This document shows, in pieces, positions 50,701 to 64,000 of a stretch of DNA of 64,000 bases. The DNA is taken from the NCBI GenBank assembly GCA_038087875.1, contig JAXLNO010000462.1, positions 62,001 through 126,000 on the forward strand. The letters run 5' to 3'. A program made the translations under genes and the position numbers. A model generated the notes under the pieces. That model ran no database searches and had not been told where the DNA came from. It was given only the letters and a program-made list of their open reading frames with translations. The first letter of the stretch is position 1, and each line of letters begins with the position of its first letter. The stretch comes from Malacoraja senta. Its lineage: Eukaryota.

Positions 50701-53700
50701 TCGTCACTTTTCTCATGCTGAATTTTCGTCGCTTTTCACGTGCCGAATTTTCGGTGCTTTTCACGTACTGAAATTTTGTCTCTTTTCGCATGGTGAATTT
50801 TGGTCACTTTTCACATGCTTCGCGTCCTAAATGTTCGTCACTTTTCACGTCCTGAATTTTCATCGCTTTTCACAGGCTGAATTTTCGTCGCTTTTCACGT
50901 GCTGAAAATTTCATTGGTTTTCGCATGCTTCATTTTCATCGCTTTTCGCGTCCTGAAGGTTCTCTTTTCGCGGGCTGAATTTTCGTCGCTTTATTTTGCG
51001 GGCTGAATTTTGTCGCTTATTGCGTCCTGTAAATTCGACGCTTTATGCATCCTGAAATTTTGTCGCTTTTTGTGTCCTGAATTTATGTAGCTTTTGGCAT
51101 TTTGAATTTTTGTCGCTTTTCACCTGCTTCATTTTTGTCGCTTTTCGTGTGCTGAATTTTTGTTGCTTTTCGCATCCTGAAGGTTCGTCACTTTTCACGT
51201 GCTGAATTTTCATTGCTTTTCGTAGGCTGAATATTAATCGCTTTTCGTGTGCTGAAATTTCTGAGCTTTTCATGTCCTGAAATTACGTCACTATGCGTCC
51301 TGAGTTTTCGTCACTTTTCGCGTCCTGAATTTACGTCACTTTTTGTGTGCTGAATTTTTGTAGCTTTTCGCATGCTGAATTTTTGGCGCTTTTAACGTGC
51401 TTCATTTTTGTCGCCTTTTGCGTGCTTCATTTTCAGCGCTTTTCACGTCCTGAAGGTTCGTCGCCTTTTGCATGCTGAATTTTCGTCGCTTTCGTCATGC
51501 TGAATTTTCGTCGCTTTCATCATTCTGAATTTTCGTCGCTTTTCGCATTCTGAAGGTTCGACTTTTTTCATATGCTGAATTTTCATTGCTTTTCGCAGGC
51601 TGAATTTTCATCGCTTTTCGTGTGCTGGAATTTCGGCGCTTTTCACGTCCTGAAGGTGTGTCGATTTTCGCGTGCTGAAATTTCGTCGCTTTTCGCATGC
51701 TGAATATTCGTCGCTTTTCACGTGCTTCATTTTCATCGCTTTTCGCGTCCTGAAGGTTCGTCGCTTTTTGCATGCTGAATTTCCGTTGCTTTCGTCATGC
51801 TGAATTTTCGTCGCTTTTCGTGTGTTTCATTTTCATCGCTTTTCGCGTGCTTCATTTTCATCGCTTTTCGCGTCCTGAATGTTCGTCGCTTTTCACATGC
51901 TGAATTTTCGTCACTTTCCTCATGCTGAATTTTCGTCGCTTTGCGCGTGCCGAATTTTCGGTGCTTTTCACGTACTGAAATTTTGTCTCTTTTCGCATGG
52001 TGAATTTTCGTCACTTTTCACATGCTTAATTTTCGTCGCTTTTCGCGTCCTGAATGTTCGTCACTTTTCACATCCTGAATTTTCATCGCTTTTCACAGGC
52101 TGAATTTTCGTCGCTTTTCGCGTGCTGAATTTTCATTGGTTTTCGCATGCTTCATTTTCATCGCTTTTCGCGTCCTGAAGGTTCTTCTCTTTTCGCGGGC
52201 TGAATTTTCGTCGCTTTTCACGTCCTGAATTTCCGTCCCTTTTCACATCCTGAAGGTTCGTCACTTTTTGTATGCCGAACTTTTGTCACTTTTCGTGTCC
52301 TGAAATTTTGTCGCTTCATGCGTCCTGAACTTTTGTTGCTTTTTATACCCTGAATTTTCGTCGTTTTTCTCGTGCTGAATTTTCGGCGCTTTATGCGTCC
52401 TGAGGTTTCGTTGCTTTTCATGTCCTGAATTTTCGTCGCTTTTCATGTGCTGAATTTTCGTCGCTTTTCACATGCTGAATTTTTGTCACTTTTCCTGTGC
52501 TGAAATTTTGTCGCTTATTGCGTCCTGTAAATTCAACGCTTTATGTAGCTTTTGGCATTTTGAATTTTTGTCGCTTTTCACGTGCTGTACTTTTGTTGCT
52601 TTTCGCACCCTGAAGGTTTGTCACTTTGTGTGCTGAAATTTCTGAGCTTTTCATCTCCTGAAATTACGTCACTTTATGCATCCTGAGGTTTCGTCGCTTT
52701 TCGCGTCCTGAATTTACGTCACTTTTCGTGTGCTGAATTTTTGTCGCTTTTTGTGTGCTGAATTTTTTTAGCTTTTCGCATGCTGAATTTTCGTCGCTTT
52801 TAACGTGCTTCATTTTTGTCGCCTTTTGCGTGCTTCATTTTCATCGCTTTTCACGTCCTGAAGGCTCGTCGCCTTTTGCATGCTGAATTTTCGTCGCTTT
52901 CGTCATGCTGAATTTTCGTCGCTTTCATCATTCTGAATTTTCGTCGCTTTTCGCATCCTGAAGGTTCGACTATTTTCACGTGCTGAATTTTCATTGCTTT
53001 GCGCAGGCTGAATTTTCATCGCTTTTCGTGTGCTGGAATTACGGCGCTTTTCACGCCCTGAAGGTTTGTCGATTTTCGCGTGCTGAAATTTCGTCGCTTT
53101 TCGCATGCTGAATATTCGTCGCTTTTCACGTGCTTCATTTTCATCGCTTTTCGCGTCCTGAAGGTTCGTCGCTTTTTGCATGCTGAATTTCCGTTGCTTT
53201 CGTCATGCTGAATTTTCGTCGCTTTTCGTGTGTTTCATTTTCATCGCTTTTCGCGTGCTTCATTTTCATCGCTTTTCGCGTCCTGAATGTTCGTCGCTTT
53301 TCACATGCTGAATTTTCGTCACTTTTCTCATGCTGAATTTTCGTCGCTTTGCGCGTGCCGAATTTTCGGTGCTTTTCACGTACTGAAATTTTGTCTCTTT
53401 TCGCATGGTGAATTTTCGTCACTTTTCACATGCTTAATTTTCGTCGCTTTTCGCGTCCTGAATGTTCGTCACTTTTCACATCCTGAATTTTCATCGCTTT
53501 TCACAGGCTGAATTTTCGTCGCTTTTCGCGTGCTGAATTTTCATTGGTTTTCGCATGCTTCATTTTCATCGCTTTTCGCGTCCTGAAGGTTCTTCTCTTT
53601 TCGCGGGCTGAATTTTCGTCTCTTTTCACGTCCTGAATTTCCGTCCCTTTTCACATCCTGAAGGTTCGTCACTTTTTGTATGCCGAACTTTTGTCACTTT

Positions 53701-56700
53701 TCGTGTCCTGAAATTTTGTCGCTTCATGCGTCCTGAACTTTTGTTGCTTTTTATACCCTGAATTTTCGTCGTTTTTCTCGTGCTGAATTTTCGGCGCTTT
53801 ATGCGTCCTGAGGTTTCGTTGCTTTTCATGTCCTGAATTTTCGTCGCTTTTCATGTGCTGAATTTTCGTCGCTTTTCACATGCTGAATTTTTGTCACTTT
53901 TCCTGTGCTGAAATTTTGTCGCTTATTGCGTCCTGTAAATTCAACGCTTTATGTAGCTTTTGGCATTTTGAATTTTTGTCGCTTTTCACGTGCTGTACTT
54001 TTGTTGCTTTTCGCACCCTGAAGGTTTGTCACTTTGTGTGCTGAAATTTCTGAGCTTTTCATCTCCTGAAATTACGTCACTTTATGCATCCTGAGGTTTC
54101 GTCGCTTTTCGCGTCCTGAATTTACGTCACTTTTCGTGTGCTGAATTTTTGTCGCTTTTTGTGTGCTGAATTTTTTTAGCTTTTCGCATGCTGAATTTTC
54201 GTCGCTTTTAACGTGCTTCATTTTTGTCGCCTTTTGCGTGCTTCATTTTCATCGCTTTTCACGTCCTGAAGGTTCGTCACCTTTTGCATGCTGAATTTTC
54301 GTCGCTTTCGTCATGCTGAATTTTCGTCGCTTTCATCATTCTGAATTTTCGTCGCTTTTCGCATCCTGAAGGTTCGACTATTTTCACGTGCTGAATTTTC
54401 ATTGCTTTGCGCAGGCTGAATTTTCATCGCTTTTCGTGTGCTGGAATTACGGCGCTTTTCACGCCCTGAAGGTTTGTCGATTTTCGCGTGCTGAAATTTC
54501 GTCGCTTTTCGCATGCTGAATATTCGTCGCTTTTCACGTGCTTCATTTTCATCGCTTTTCGCGTCCTGAAGGTTCGTCGCTTTTTGCATGCTGAATTTCT
54601 GTTGCTTTCGTCATGCTGAATTTTCGTCGCTTTTCGTGTGTTTCATTTTCATCGCTTTTCGCGTGCTTCATTTTCATCGCTTTTCGCGTCCTGAATGTTC
54701 GTCGCTTTTCACATGCTGAATTTTCGTCACTTTTCTCATGCTGAATTTTCGTCGCTTTGCGCGTGCCGAATTTTCGGTGCTTTTCACGTACTGAAATTTT
54801 GTCTCTTTTCGCATGGTGAATTTTCGTCACTTTTCACATGCTTAATTTTCGTCGCTTTTCGCGTCCTGAATGTTCGTCACTTTTCACATCCTGAATTTTC
54901 ATCGCTTTTCACAGGCTGAATTTTCGTCGCTTTTCGCGTGCTGAATTTTCATTGGTTTTCGCATGCTTCATTTTCATCGCTTTTCGCGTCCTGAAGGTTC
55001 TTCTCTTTTCGCGGGCTGAATTTTCGTCGCTTTTCACGTCCTGAATTTCCGTCCCTTTTCACATCCTGAAGGTTCGTCACTTTTTGTATGCCGAACGTTT
55101 GTCACTTTTCGTGTCCTGAAATTTTGTCGCTTCATGCGTCCTGAACTTTTGTTGCTTTTTATACCCTGAATTTTCGTCGTTTTTCTCGTGCTGAATTTTC
55201 GGCGCTTTATGCGTCCTGAGGTTTCGTTGCTTTTCATGTCCTGAATTTTCGTCGCTTTTCATGTGCTGAATTTTCGTCGCTTTTCACATGCTGAATTTTT
55301 GTCACTTTTCCTGTGCTGAAATTTTGTCGCTTATTGCGTCCTGTAAATTCAACGCTTTATGTAGCTTTTGGCATTTTGAATTTTTGTCGCTTTTCACGTG
55401 CTGTACTTTTGTTGCTTTTCGCACCCTGAAGGTTTGTCACTTTGTGTGCTGAAATTTCTGAGCTTTTCATCTCCTGAAATTACGTCATTTTATGCATCCT
55501 GAGGTTTCGTCGCTTTTCGCGTCCTGAATTTACGTCACTTTTCGTGTGCTGAATTTTTGTCGCTTTTTGTGTGCTGAATTTTTTTAGCTTTTCGCATGCT
55601 GAATTTTCGTCGCTTTTAACGTGCTTCATTTTTGTCGCCTTTTGCGTGCTTCATTTTCATCGCTTTTCACGTCCTGAAGGTTCGTCGCCTTTTGCATGCT
55701 GAATTTTCGTCGCTTTCGTCATGCTGAATTTTCGTCGCTTTCATCATTCTGAATTTTCGTCGCTTTTCGCATCCTGAAAGTTCGACTATTTTCACGTGCT
55801 GAATTTTCATTGCTTTGCGCAGGCTGAATTTTCATCGCTTTTCGTGTGCTGGAATTACGGCGCTTTTCACGCCCTGACGGTTTGTCGATTTTCGCGTGTT
55901 GAAATTTCGTCGCTATTCGCATGCTGAATTTTCGTCGCTTTTCACATGCTTCATTTTTGTCGCCTTTCGCGAGCTTCATTTTCTTCGCTTTTCGCGTCCT
56001 CAAGGTTCGTCGCTTTCTGCATGCTGAATTTCCGTTGCTTTCGTCATGCTGAATTTTCGTCGAACCTTCAGGACGCGAAAGGCGACAAAAATTCAAAATG
56101 CCAAAAGTGACGTAAATTCAAGATGCGAAATGCAACAAAAGTTCAGTACGCATGAAGCGACAACATTTCAGGACACGAAAGTTCAGCACGTGAAAAGCGA
56201 CTATCCTTCAGGATGTGAAAAGCGACGAAAATTCAGCACATGAAATGCGACCAAAATTCAGCACGCAAAAAGTGACGAAATTTCAGACCGTGAAAAGCGA
56301 CGAAAATTCAGCACGTGAAAGTCGACCAAAATTCAGCTTGCAAAAAGTGACGAAATATCAGGATGTGAAAAGCGACGAAATTTCAGCATACTAAAAGCGA
56401 CGAAAATTCAGCACGCGAAAAGCGACGAAACTTCATCACGCGCAAATGGACGAACCTTCAGGACGTGAAAAGCGACGAAAATTCAGAACGTGAAAAGCGA
56501 CAAAATTTTAGCACCCGAAAAGTGACGAAAATTCAGCATGCGAAAAGCGATGAAAATTCAGGACGCATAAAGCGACTAAATTTCAGAACGAGAAACGCGA
56601 CGAAATTTCAGCACACGAAAAGCGACGAAAATTCAGCAAGCGAAAAAGCGACGAAAATTCAGCCCTCGAAAAGAGAAGAACCTTCAGGATGCGAAAAGCG

Positions 56701-59700
56701 ATGAAAATTCAGCACGTGAAAAGAATCGAACCTTCAGGATGTGAAAAGTGACGAAAATTCAGCATGACGAAAGTGACAAAACTTCAGCAGGCAAAAGGCG
56801 ACCAACCTTCAGGACGTGAAAAGTGATGAAAATCAAGCACGCGTAAGGCGACATAAAATGAAGCACGTGAAAGGCGACGAAAATTCAGCAGGCGAAAAGC
56901 TACAAAAATTCAGCACACAAAAGGCGACCAAAATTCTGCACACGAAAAGTGACGTAAATTCAGGATGCGAAAAGCGACGAATCCTCAGGAAGCATAAAGT
57001 GACGTAATTTCAGGACATGAAAAGTGCCGAAATCTCAGCACATGAAAATCGAAGAAAATTCAGCCTGCGAAAAGCGATGAAAATTGAGCATGTGAAAAGT
57101 GAAGAACCTTCAGGATGTGAAAAGCAACAAAAATTCAGCATGCGAGAAGCGACAAAATTTTAGGACACGAAAAGCAACGAAATTTCAGCACGCGAAAAGT
57201 GACGAAAATTCAGCCTGCGAAATGCGATGAAAATTCAGCACAGGAAAAGTGATGAAACTTCAGGATGCGAAAAGCGACGAAAATTCAGCACGCGAAAAAT
57301 GACGAAAATTCAGCACGCGAAAAGCGACGACCATTCAGCACGCGAAAAGTGACGAAATTTCAGAACGTGATCAGCGATGAAAATTCAGCACACAAAAAGT
57401 GACGAAAATTCAGCATGCGAAAAGCGACGAAAATTCAGCACGTGAAAGGCGACCAAAATTCAGCACGCAAAAAGTGACGAAATATCATGATGTGAAAAGC
57501 GACGAAATTTCAGCATACTAAAAGCGACGAAACTTCAGCATGCGAAAATCGACGAACCTTCAGGATGTGGAAAGCGCCGAAATTTCAGCACACGAAAAGC
57601 GATGAAAATTCAGCCTGCGAAAAGCGATGAAAATTCAGCACGTGAAAAGAATCGAACATTCAGGATGTGAAAAGCGACGAAAATTCAGCCTGACGAAAGC
57701 GACGAAAATTCAGCCTGCAAAAGGCGACCAACCTTCAGGACGTGAAAAGCGATGAAAATGAAGCACGCGAAAGGTGACGCTTTTCGCATCCTGGTTTGTC
57801 CCTTTCGTGTGCTGAATTTTCGTCGCTTTTCACATGCTAAATTTTTGTCACTTTTCCTGTGCTGAAATTTTGTCGCTTATTTCGTCCTGTAAATTCGACG
57901 CTTTATGCATCCTGAAATTTTGTCGCTTTTTGTGTCCTGAATTTATGTAGCTTTTGGCATTTTGAATTTTTGTCGCCTTTCACGTGCTTCATTTTTGTCG
58001 CTTTTCACGTGCTGAATTTTCATCGCTTTTCGTAGGGTGAATATTCAGCGCTTTTCGTGTGCTGACATTTCTGAGCTTTTCATGTCCTGAAATTACGTCA
58101 CTTTATGTGTCCTGAGGTTTTGTCGCTTTTCGCGTCCTGAATTTACGTCACCTTTCGCGTGCTTCATTTTCATCGCTTTTCACATCCTGAAGGTTGGTCG
58201 CCTTTTGCATGATGAATTTTCGTCGCTTTCATCATGCTGAATTTTCGTCGCTTTTCACATCCTGAAGGTTCGATTCTTTTCACGTGCTGAATTTTCATCG
58301 CTTTTCGCAGGCTGAATTTTCATCGCTTTTCGTGTGCTGAAATTTCGGCGCTTTTCACATCCTGGAGGTTCGTCGATTTTCGCATGCTGAAGTTTCGTCG
58401 CTTTTAGTATGCTGAAATTTCGTCGCTTTTCACATCATGATATTTCGTCACTTTTTGCGTGCTGAATTTTGGTCGCCTTTCACGTGCTGAATTTTCGTCG
58501 CTTTTCGCGTGCTGAATTTTCGTCGCTTTTAGTATGCTGAAATTTCGTCGCTTTTCACATCTTGATATTTCGTCACTTTTTGCATGCTGAATTTTGGTCG
58601 CCTTTCACGTGCTGAATTTTCGTTGCTTTTCACGTTCTGAAATTTCGTCACTTTTTGCGTCCTGAATTTTGGTCGCATTTCATGTGCTGAATTTTCGTCG
58701 CTTTTCAAGTTCTGAAATTTGGTAACTTTTTGTGTGCTGAATTTTCGTCGCTTTTCACATCCTGAAGGATAGTCGCTTTTCACGTGCTGAATTATTGTCG
58801 CTCTTCGTGTCCTGAAGGTTCGTAACTTTTCGTGTGCTGAAATTTTGTCGCTTTTCATGTCCTGAAATTTGTCGCTTCATGCGTACTGAACTTTCGTTGC
58901 ATTTCGCATCTTGAATTTACGTCGCTTTTGGCATTTTGAATTTTTGTCGCCTTTCGCGTCCTGAAGGTTCGTCGCTTTTTGCATGCTGAATTTTCATCGC
59001 TTTTCGCATGCTGAATTTTCGTCGCTTTTTGTGTGCTGAATTTTCGTCGCTTATCACGTTCTGAAATTTCATCACTTTTCACGTGCTGAATGGTCGTCGC
59101 TTTTCGTGTGCTGAATTTTCGTCATTTTTCGCGTGCTGAATTTTCGTCGCTTTTCGCATGCTGAAGGTTCATCACTTTTCCTGTGCTGAATTTTCATCGC
59201 TTTTCGCAGGCTGAATATTCGTCACTTTTCGCATGCTGAAATTGCGTTGCTTTTCACGTGCTGAATTTTCGTCGCTTTATGCGTCCTGAGGTTTCGTTGC
59301 TTTTCATGTCCTGAATTTTCGTCGCTTTTCGTATGCTGAAATGTTGTCACTTTTCCGTGCTGAATTTTCGTCACTTTTAACGTCCTGAAAGTTCATCACT
59401 TTTCAAGTGCTGAATTTTGGTCACTTTTCACGTGCTGAATTTTCGTCATTTTTCGCGTGCTAAATTTCCGTCGCTTTTCGCATTCTGAAGTTTCATCACT
59501 TTTCCTGTGCTGAATTTTCATCTCTTTTCGCAGGCTGACTTTTTGTCACTTTTCGCGTGCTGAAATTTCGTTGCTTTTCTTGTCCTGAAATTTTGTCGCT
59601 TCTCGCGTGCTGAATTTTTGTTGCTTTTCGCATCCTGAAGGTTCTTCACTTTTCACGTGCTCAATTTTCATCGCTTTTCGCAGGCTGAATTTTCTTCGCT

Positions 59701-62700
59701 TTTCGTGTGCTGAAATTTCGGCGCTTTTCATGTCCTGAAATTACGTCACTTTATGCTTCCTGAGGATTCGTCGCTTTTCGCATCCTGAATTTAAATCACT
59801 TTTCGTGTGCTGAATTTTTGTCGCATTTTGTGTGCTGAAATTTTGTAGCTTTTCGCATGCTGAATGTTCGTCGCCTTTCACGTGCTTCATTTTTGTCGCC
59901 TTTCGCGTGCTTCATTTTCATCGCTTTTCACGTCCTGAATGTTGGTCGCCTTTTGCATGCTGAATTTTCGTCGCTTTCGTCATGCTGAATTTTCGTCGCT
60001 TTTCACATCCTGAAGGTTCGATTCTTTTCACGTGCTGAATTTTCATCGCTTTTCGCAGGCTGAAGGTTCTTCTCTTTTCGAGGGCTAAATTTTTGTCGCT
60101 TTTTCGCTTGCTGAATTTTCGACGCTTTTCGTGTGCTGAAATTTCGTCGCTTTTCTCGTTCTGAAATTTCGTCGCCTTATGCGTCCTGAATTTTCATCGC
60201 TTTTCGCAAGCTGAATTTTCGTCGCTTTTCGGGTGCTGAAATGTTGTCGCTTTTCACGTTCTGAATTTTCGTCGCTTTTCACGTCCTGAAGGTTCATCCA
60301 TTTTCGCGTGCTGAAGTTTCGTCGCTTTTCGCGTGCTGAATTTTCGTCGCTTTTAGTATGCTGAAATTTCGTCGCTTTTCACATCCTGACATTTCGTCAC
60401 TTTTTGCGTGCTGAATTTTGGTCGCCTTTCACGTGCTGAATTTTCGTCGCTTTTCAGGATCTGAAATTTCGTCACTTTTTGTGCGCTGAATTTTCGGCGC
60501 TTTTCACATCCTGAAGGTTAGTCGCTGTTCACGTGCTGAATTATTGTCGCTCTTCGTGTCCTGAAGGTTCGTCGCTTTTTGTGTGCTGAAATTTTGTCGC
60601 TTTTCGTGTCCTGAAATGTTGTCGCTTCATGCGTACTGAACTCTTGTCACTTTTCGCCTCTTGAACTTACTTTGCTTTGGCATTTTGAATTTTTGTCGCA
60701 TTTCGCGTCCTGAAGGTTCGTCGCTTTTCGCATGCTGAATTTTCGTCGCTTTTCGGGTGCTGAAATTTTGTCGCTTTTCACGTTCTGAATTTTCATCGCT
60801 TTTCACGTCCTCAAGGTTCATCCATTTTCGTGTGCTGAAGTTTCGTCGCCTTTCGCGTGCTGAATTTCCGGCACTTTTAGTATGCTGAAATTTCGGCGCT
60901 TTTCACATCCTGATATTTCGGCACTTTTTGCGTGCTGAATTTTGGTCGCCTTTCACGTGCTGAATTTTCGTCGCTTTTCGCATCCTGAAGGTTCATCACT
61001 TTTCCTGTGCTGAATTTTCATCGCTTTTCGCAGGCTGAATGTTCTTCACTTTTCGCGTGCTGAAATTTCGTTGCTTTTCACGTCCTGAATTTTCGTCGCT
61101 TTATGTTTGCTGAAATTTCGGCGCTTTTAGTGTGCTGCAATTTAGTCGCTTTTCACGTCCTGAAATTGCGTCGCTTTTCACGTCCTGAATTTTCATCACT
61201 TTTCACATCCTGAAGGTTCGTCACTTTTTGTATTTCAGAACTTTAGTCACTTTTCGTGTCCTGAAATTTTGTCGCTTCATGCGTTCTGAACTTTTGTCGC
61301 TTTTCGTACCCTGTATTTTCGTCGTTTTTCGCGTGCTGAATTTTTGTCACTTTATGCGTCCTGAGGTTTCGTTGCTTTTCATGTCCTGAATTTTCGTCGC
61401 TTTTCGTATGCTGAAGTTTCATCGCATTTCGCGTACTGAATTTTGTAGCTTTTCGCATGCTGAATTTTCGTCGCTTTTCGCATGATGAATTTTCATCGCT
61501 TTTCACGTTCTGAAATGTCGTCACTTTTCCGTGCTGAATTTTCGTCGCTTTTCACGTCCTGAAAGTTCGTCGCTTTTCGCGTGCTGAATTTTCGTCACTT
61601 TTCACATGCTGAATTTTCGTTGCTTTTCACGTGCTGAATTTTCGTCGCTTTTTGCGTCCTGAAAATTAGTTGCATTTCACGTCCTGAATCTTTGTCACAT
61701 TTCATTGTCTGAATTTTCGTCGCCTTTAGCGTCCCAAATTTTAATGGCTTTTCGCATCCTGGTTCATCGCTTTTCGTGTGCTGAATTTCCGTCGCTTTTC
61801 ACATGCTGAATTTTTGTCACTTTTCCTGTGCTGAAATTTTGTCGCCTGTAAATTCGACGCTTTATGCATCCTGAAATTTTGTCGCTTTTCGTGTCCTGAA
61901 TTTATGTAGCTTTCCACGTCCTGAATGTGCATCAATTTTCGCACGCTGAATTTTCGGCGTTTTCGCGTGCTTCATTTTCGTCGCTTGTCGCGTGCTTCAT
62001 TTTCATCGCTTTTTGCTTCCAAAAGGTTCATCGCTTTTGGCATTCTGAATTTTCGTCGCTTTTCTCCTGCTGAATTTTCGGCTCTTTTCACATTCTGAAA
62101 TTTCGTCACTTTTCGCGTGCTGAATGATCGTCGCTTTAATCGGGCTGAATTTTCGTCACTTTTCGCGTGCTGAATTATCGTCGCTTTTCACGTCCTGGTT
62201 CGTCACTTTGCACGTGCTGAATTTTAATCGCTTTTCATATTCTGAATTTTCGGCGCTTTTCACTTGCTGAAATTTCATCGTCTTTCACGTTCTTAAATTT
62301 CGTCACTTTATTCGTCCTGATTTTTCGTCGCTTATTGTGTGCTGAAATTTCGGCGCTTTTCATGTGCTGATATTTCGTCGCTTTTCACATGATGAATTGT
62401 TGTCGCTTTTCATGTCCGGAAGGTTCGTCGCTTTTCGCGTGCTGAATTTTCGTCGCTTTTCGCATCCTGAAGGTTCGTCACTTTTCTTGTGCCGAAATTT
62501 TGTCACTTTTTGTGTCCTGAAATTTTGTCACTTCATGCGTCCTGAACTTTAGTCGCCTTTCGCATCTTGAATTTACGTCGCTTTTGGCATTTTGAATTTT
62601 CATCGCCTTTCGCGTCCTGAAGGTTCGTCACTTTTCGTGTGCTGAATTTCCGTCGCTTTTCGCATTGTGAATTTTCGTCACTTTTAGTATGCTGAAATTT

Positions 62701-64000
62701 CATCGCTTTTCACATCCTAAAATTTCGTCACTTTTTGCGTGCTGAATTTTGGTCGCATTTCATGTGCTGAATTTTCGTGGCTTTTCAAGTTCTGAAATTT
62801 CGTCACTTTTTGTGTGCTGAATTTTCGTCGCTTTTCACATCCTGAAGGATAGTCGCTTTTCACGTGCTGAATTATTGTCGCTCTTCGTGTCCTGAAGGTT
62901 TGTAACTTTTCGTGTGCTGAAATTTTGTCGCTTTTCATGTCCTGAAATTTGTCGCTTCATGCGTACTGAACTTTTGTTGCATTTCGCATCTTGAATTTAC
63001 GTCGCTTTTGGCATTTTGAATTTTTGTCGCCTTTCGCGTCCTGAAGGTTCGTCGCTTTTTGCATGCTGAATTTTCATCGCTTTTCGCATGCTGAATTTTC
63101 GTCGCTTTTAGTGTGCTGAATTTTCGTCGCTTATCACGTTCTGAAATTTCATCACTTTTCACGTGCTGAATGGTCGTCGCTTTTCGCGTGCTGAATTTTC
63201 GTCATTTTTCGCGTGCTGAATTTTCGTCGCTTTTCGCATGCTGAAGGTTCATCACTTTTCCTGTGCTGAATTTTCATCGCTTTTCGCAGGCTGAATATTC
63301 GTCACTTTTCGCGTGCTGAAATTGCGTTGCTTTTCACGTGCTGAATTTTCGTTGCTTTATGCGTCCTGAGGTTTCGTTGCTTTTCATGTCCTGAATTTTC
63401 GTCGCTTTTCGTATGCTGAAATGTTGTCACTTTTCCGTGCTGAATTTTCGTCACTTTTAACGTCCTGAAAGTTCATCACTTTTCAAGTGCTGAATTTTGG
63501 TCACTTTTCACGTGCTGAATTTTCGTCATTTTTCGCGTGCTAAATTTCCGTCGCTTTTCGCATTCTGAAGTTTCATCACTTTTCCTGTGCTGAATTTTCA
63601 TCTCTTTTCGCAGGCTGACTTTTTGTCACTTTTCGCGTGCTGAAATTTCGTTGCTTTTCTTGTCCTGAAATTTTGTCGCTTCTCGCGTGCTGAATTTTTG
63701 TTGCTTTTCGCATCCTGAAGGTTCTTCACTTTTCACGTGCTCAATTTTCATCGCTTTTCGCAGGCTGAATTTTCTTCGCTTTTCGTGTGCTGAAATTTCG
63801 GCGCTTTTCATGTCCTGAAATTACGTCACTTTATGCTTCCTGAGGATTCGTCGCTTTTCGCATCCTGAATTTAAATCACTTTTCGTGTGCTGAATTTTTG
63901 TCGCATTTTGCGTGCTGAAATTTTGTAGCTTTTCGCATGCTGAATGTTCGTCGCCTTTCACGTGCTTCATTTTTGTCGCCTTTCGCGTGCTTCATTTTCA
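41410..64000. repeat. 25-bp CpG-rich satellite array (right) with kb-scale higher-order repeats and one inverted block
   Basis: Tandem GCTGAATTTTCGTCGCTTTTCGCAT variants to the window end; opposite orientation at about 56062-57778. Confidence 0.97.

Noticed and set aside
41410..64000. Dozens of K/R/S-rich or F-rich ORFs (also at 547-4890)
   Set aside because: They are translations of the 25-bp satellite; periodic and with no domain signal.
41410..64000. CENP-B box in the satellite
   Set aside because: Only the TTCG part is present; the required A..CGGG part is not.

Overview
Eukaryotic, repeat-dominated vertebrate DNA, probably from a cartilaginous fish (skate or ray); this is inferred from the CR1/RTE/Penelope/SINE content. 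Two arrays of a CpG-rich 25-bp satellite (about 0.4-5.9 kb and 41.4-64 kb) enclose a ~35-kb island. The island's ends are a ~5-kb inverted duplication (about 5.6-11.3 kb versus 36.9-41.7 kb). Inside lies a decayed PRDM9 gene on the minus strand that the ORF track does not assemble. Its ancestral-KRAB exon is split by a 4-kb CR1 LINE, the following 'SDSDEDWTP' exon is intact, and the first PR/SET exon carries a stop and frameshifts. I could not find SSXRD, the zinc knuckle, the rest of SET or the zinc-finger array. A second, more truncated PRDM9 5' end points the other way (head-to-head) across a ~200-bp promoter-like spacer with two outward-facing TATA boxes. A third KRAB stub sits in the left arm of the large inverted repeat. 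The island also holds a structurally complete DIRS1 retrotransposon (ITRs plus ICR) with a CR1 in its recombinase, nested CR1s with readable target-site duplications, and a TIR-bounded DNA transposon. No intact host gene is evident. All alignments were done by eye.
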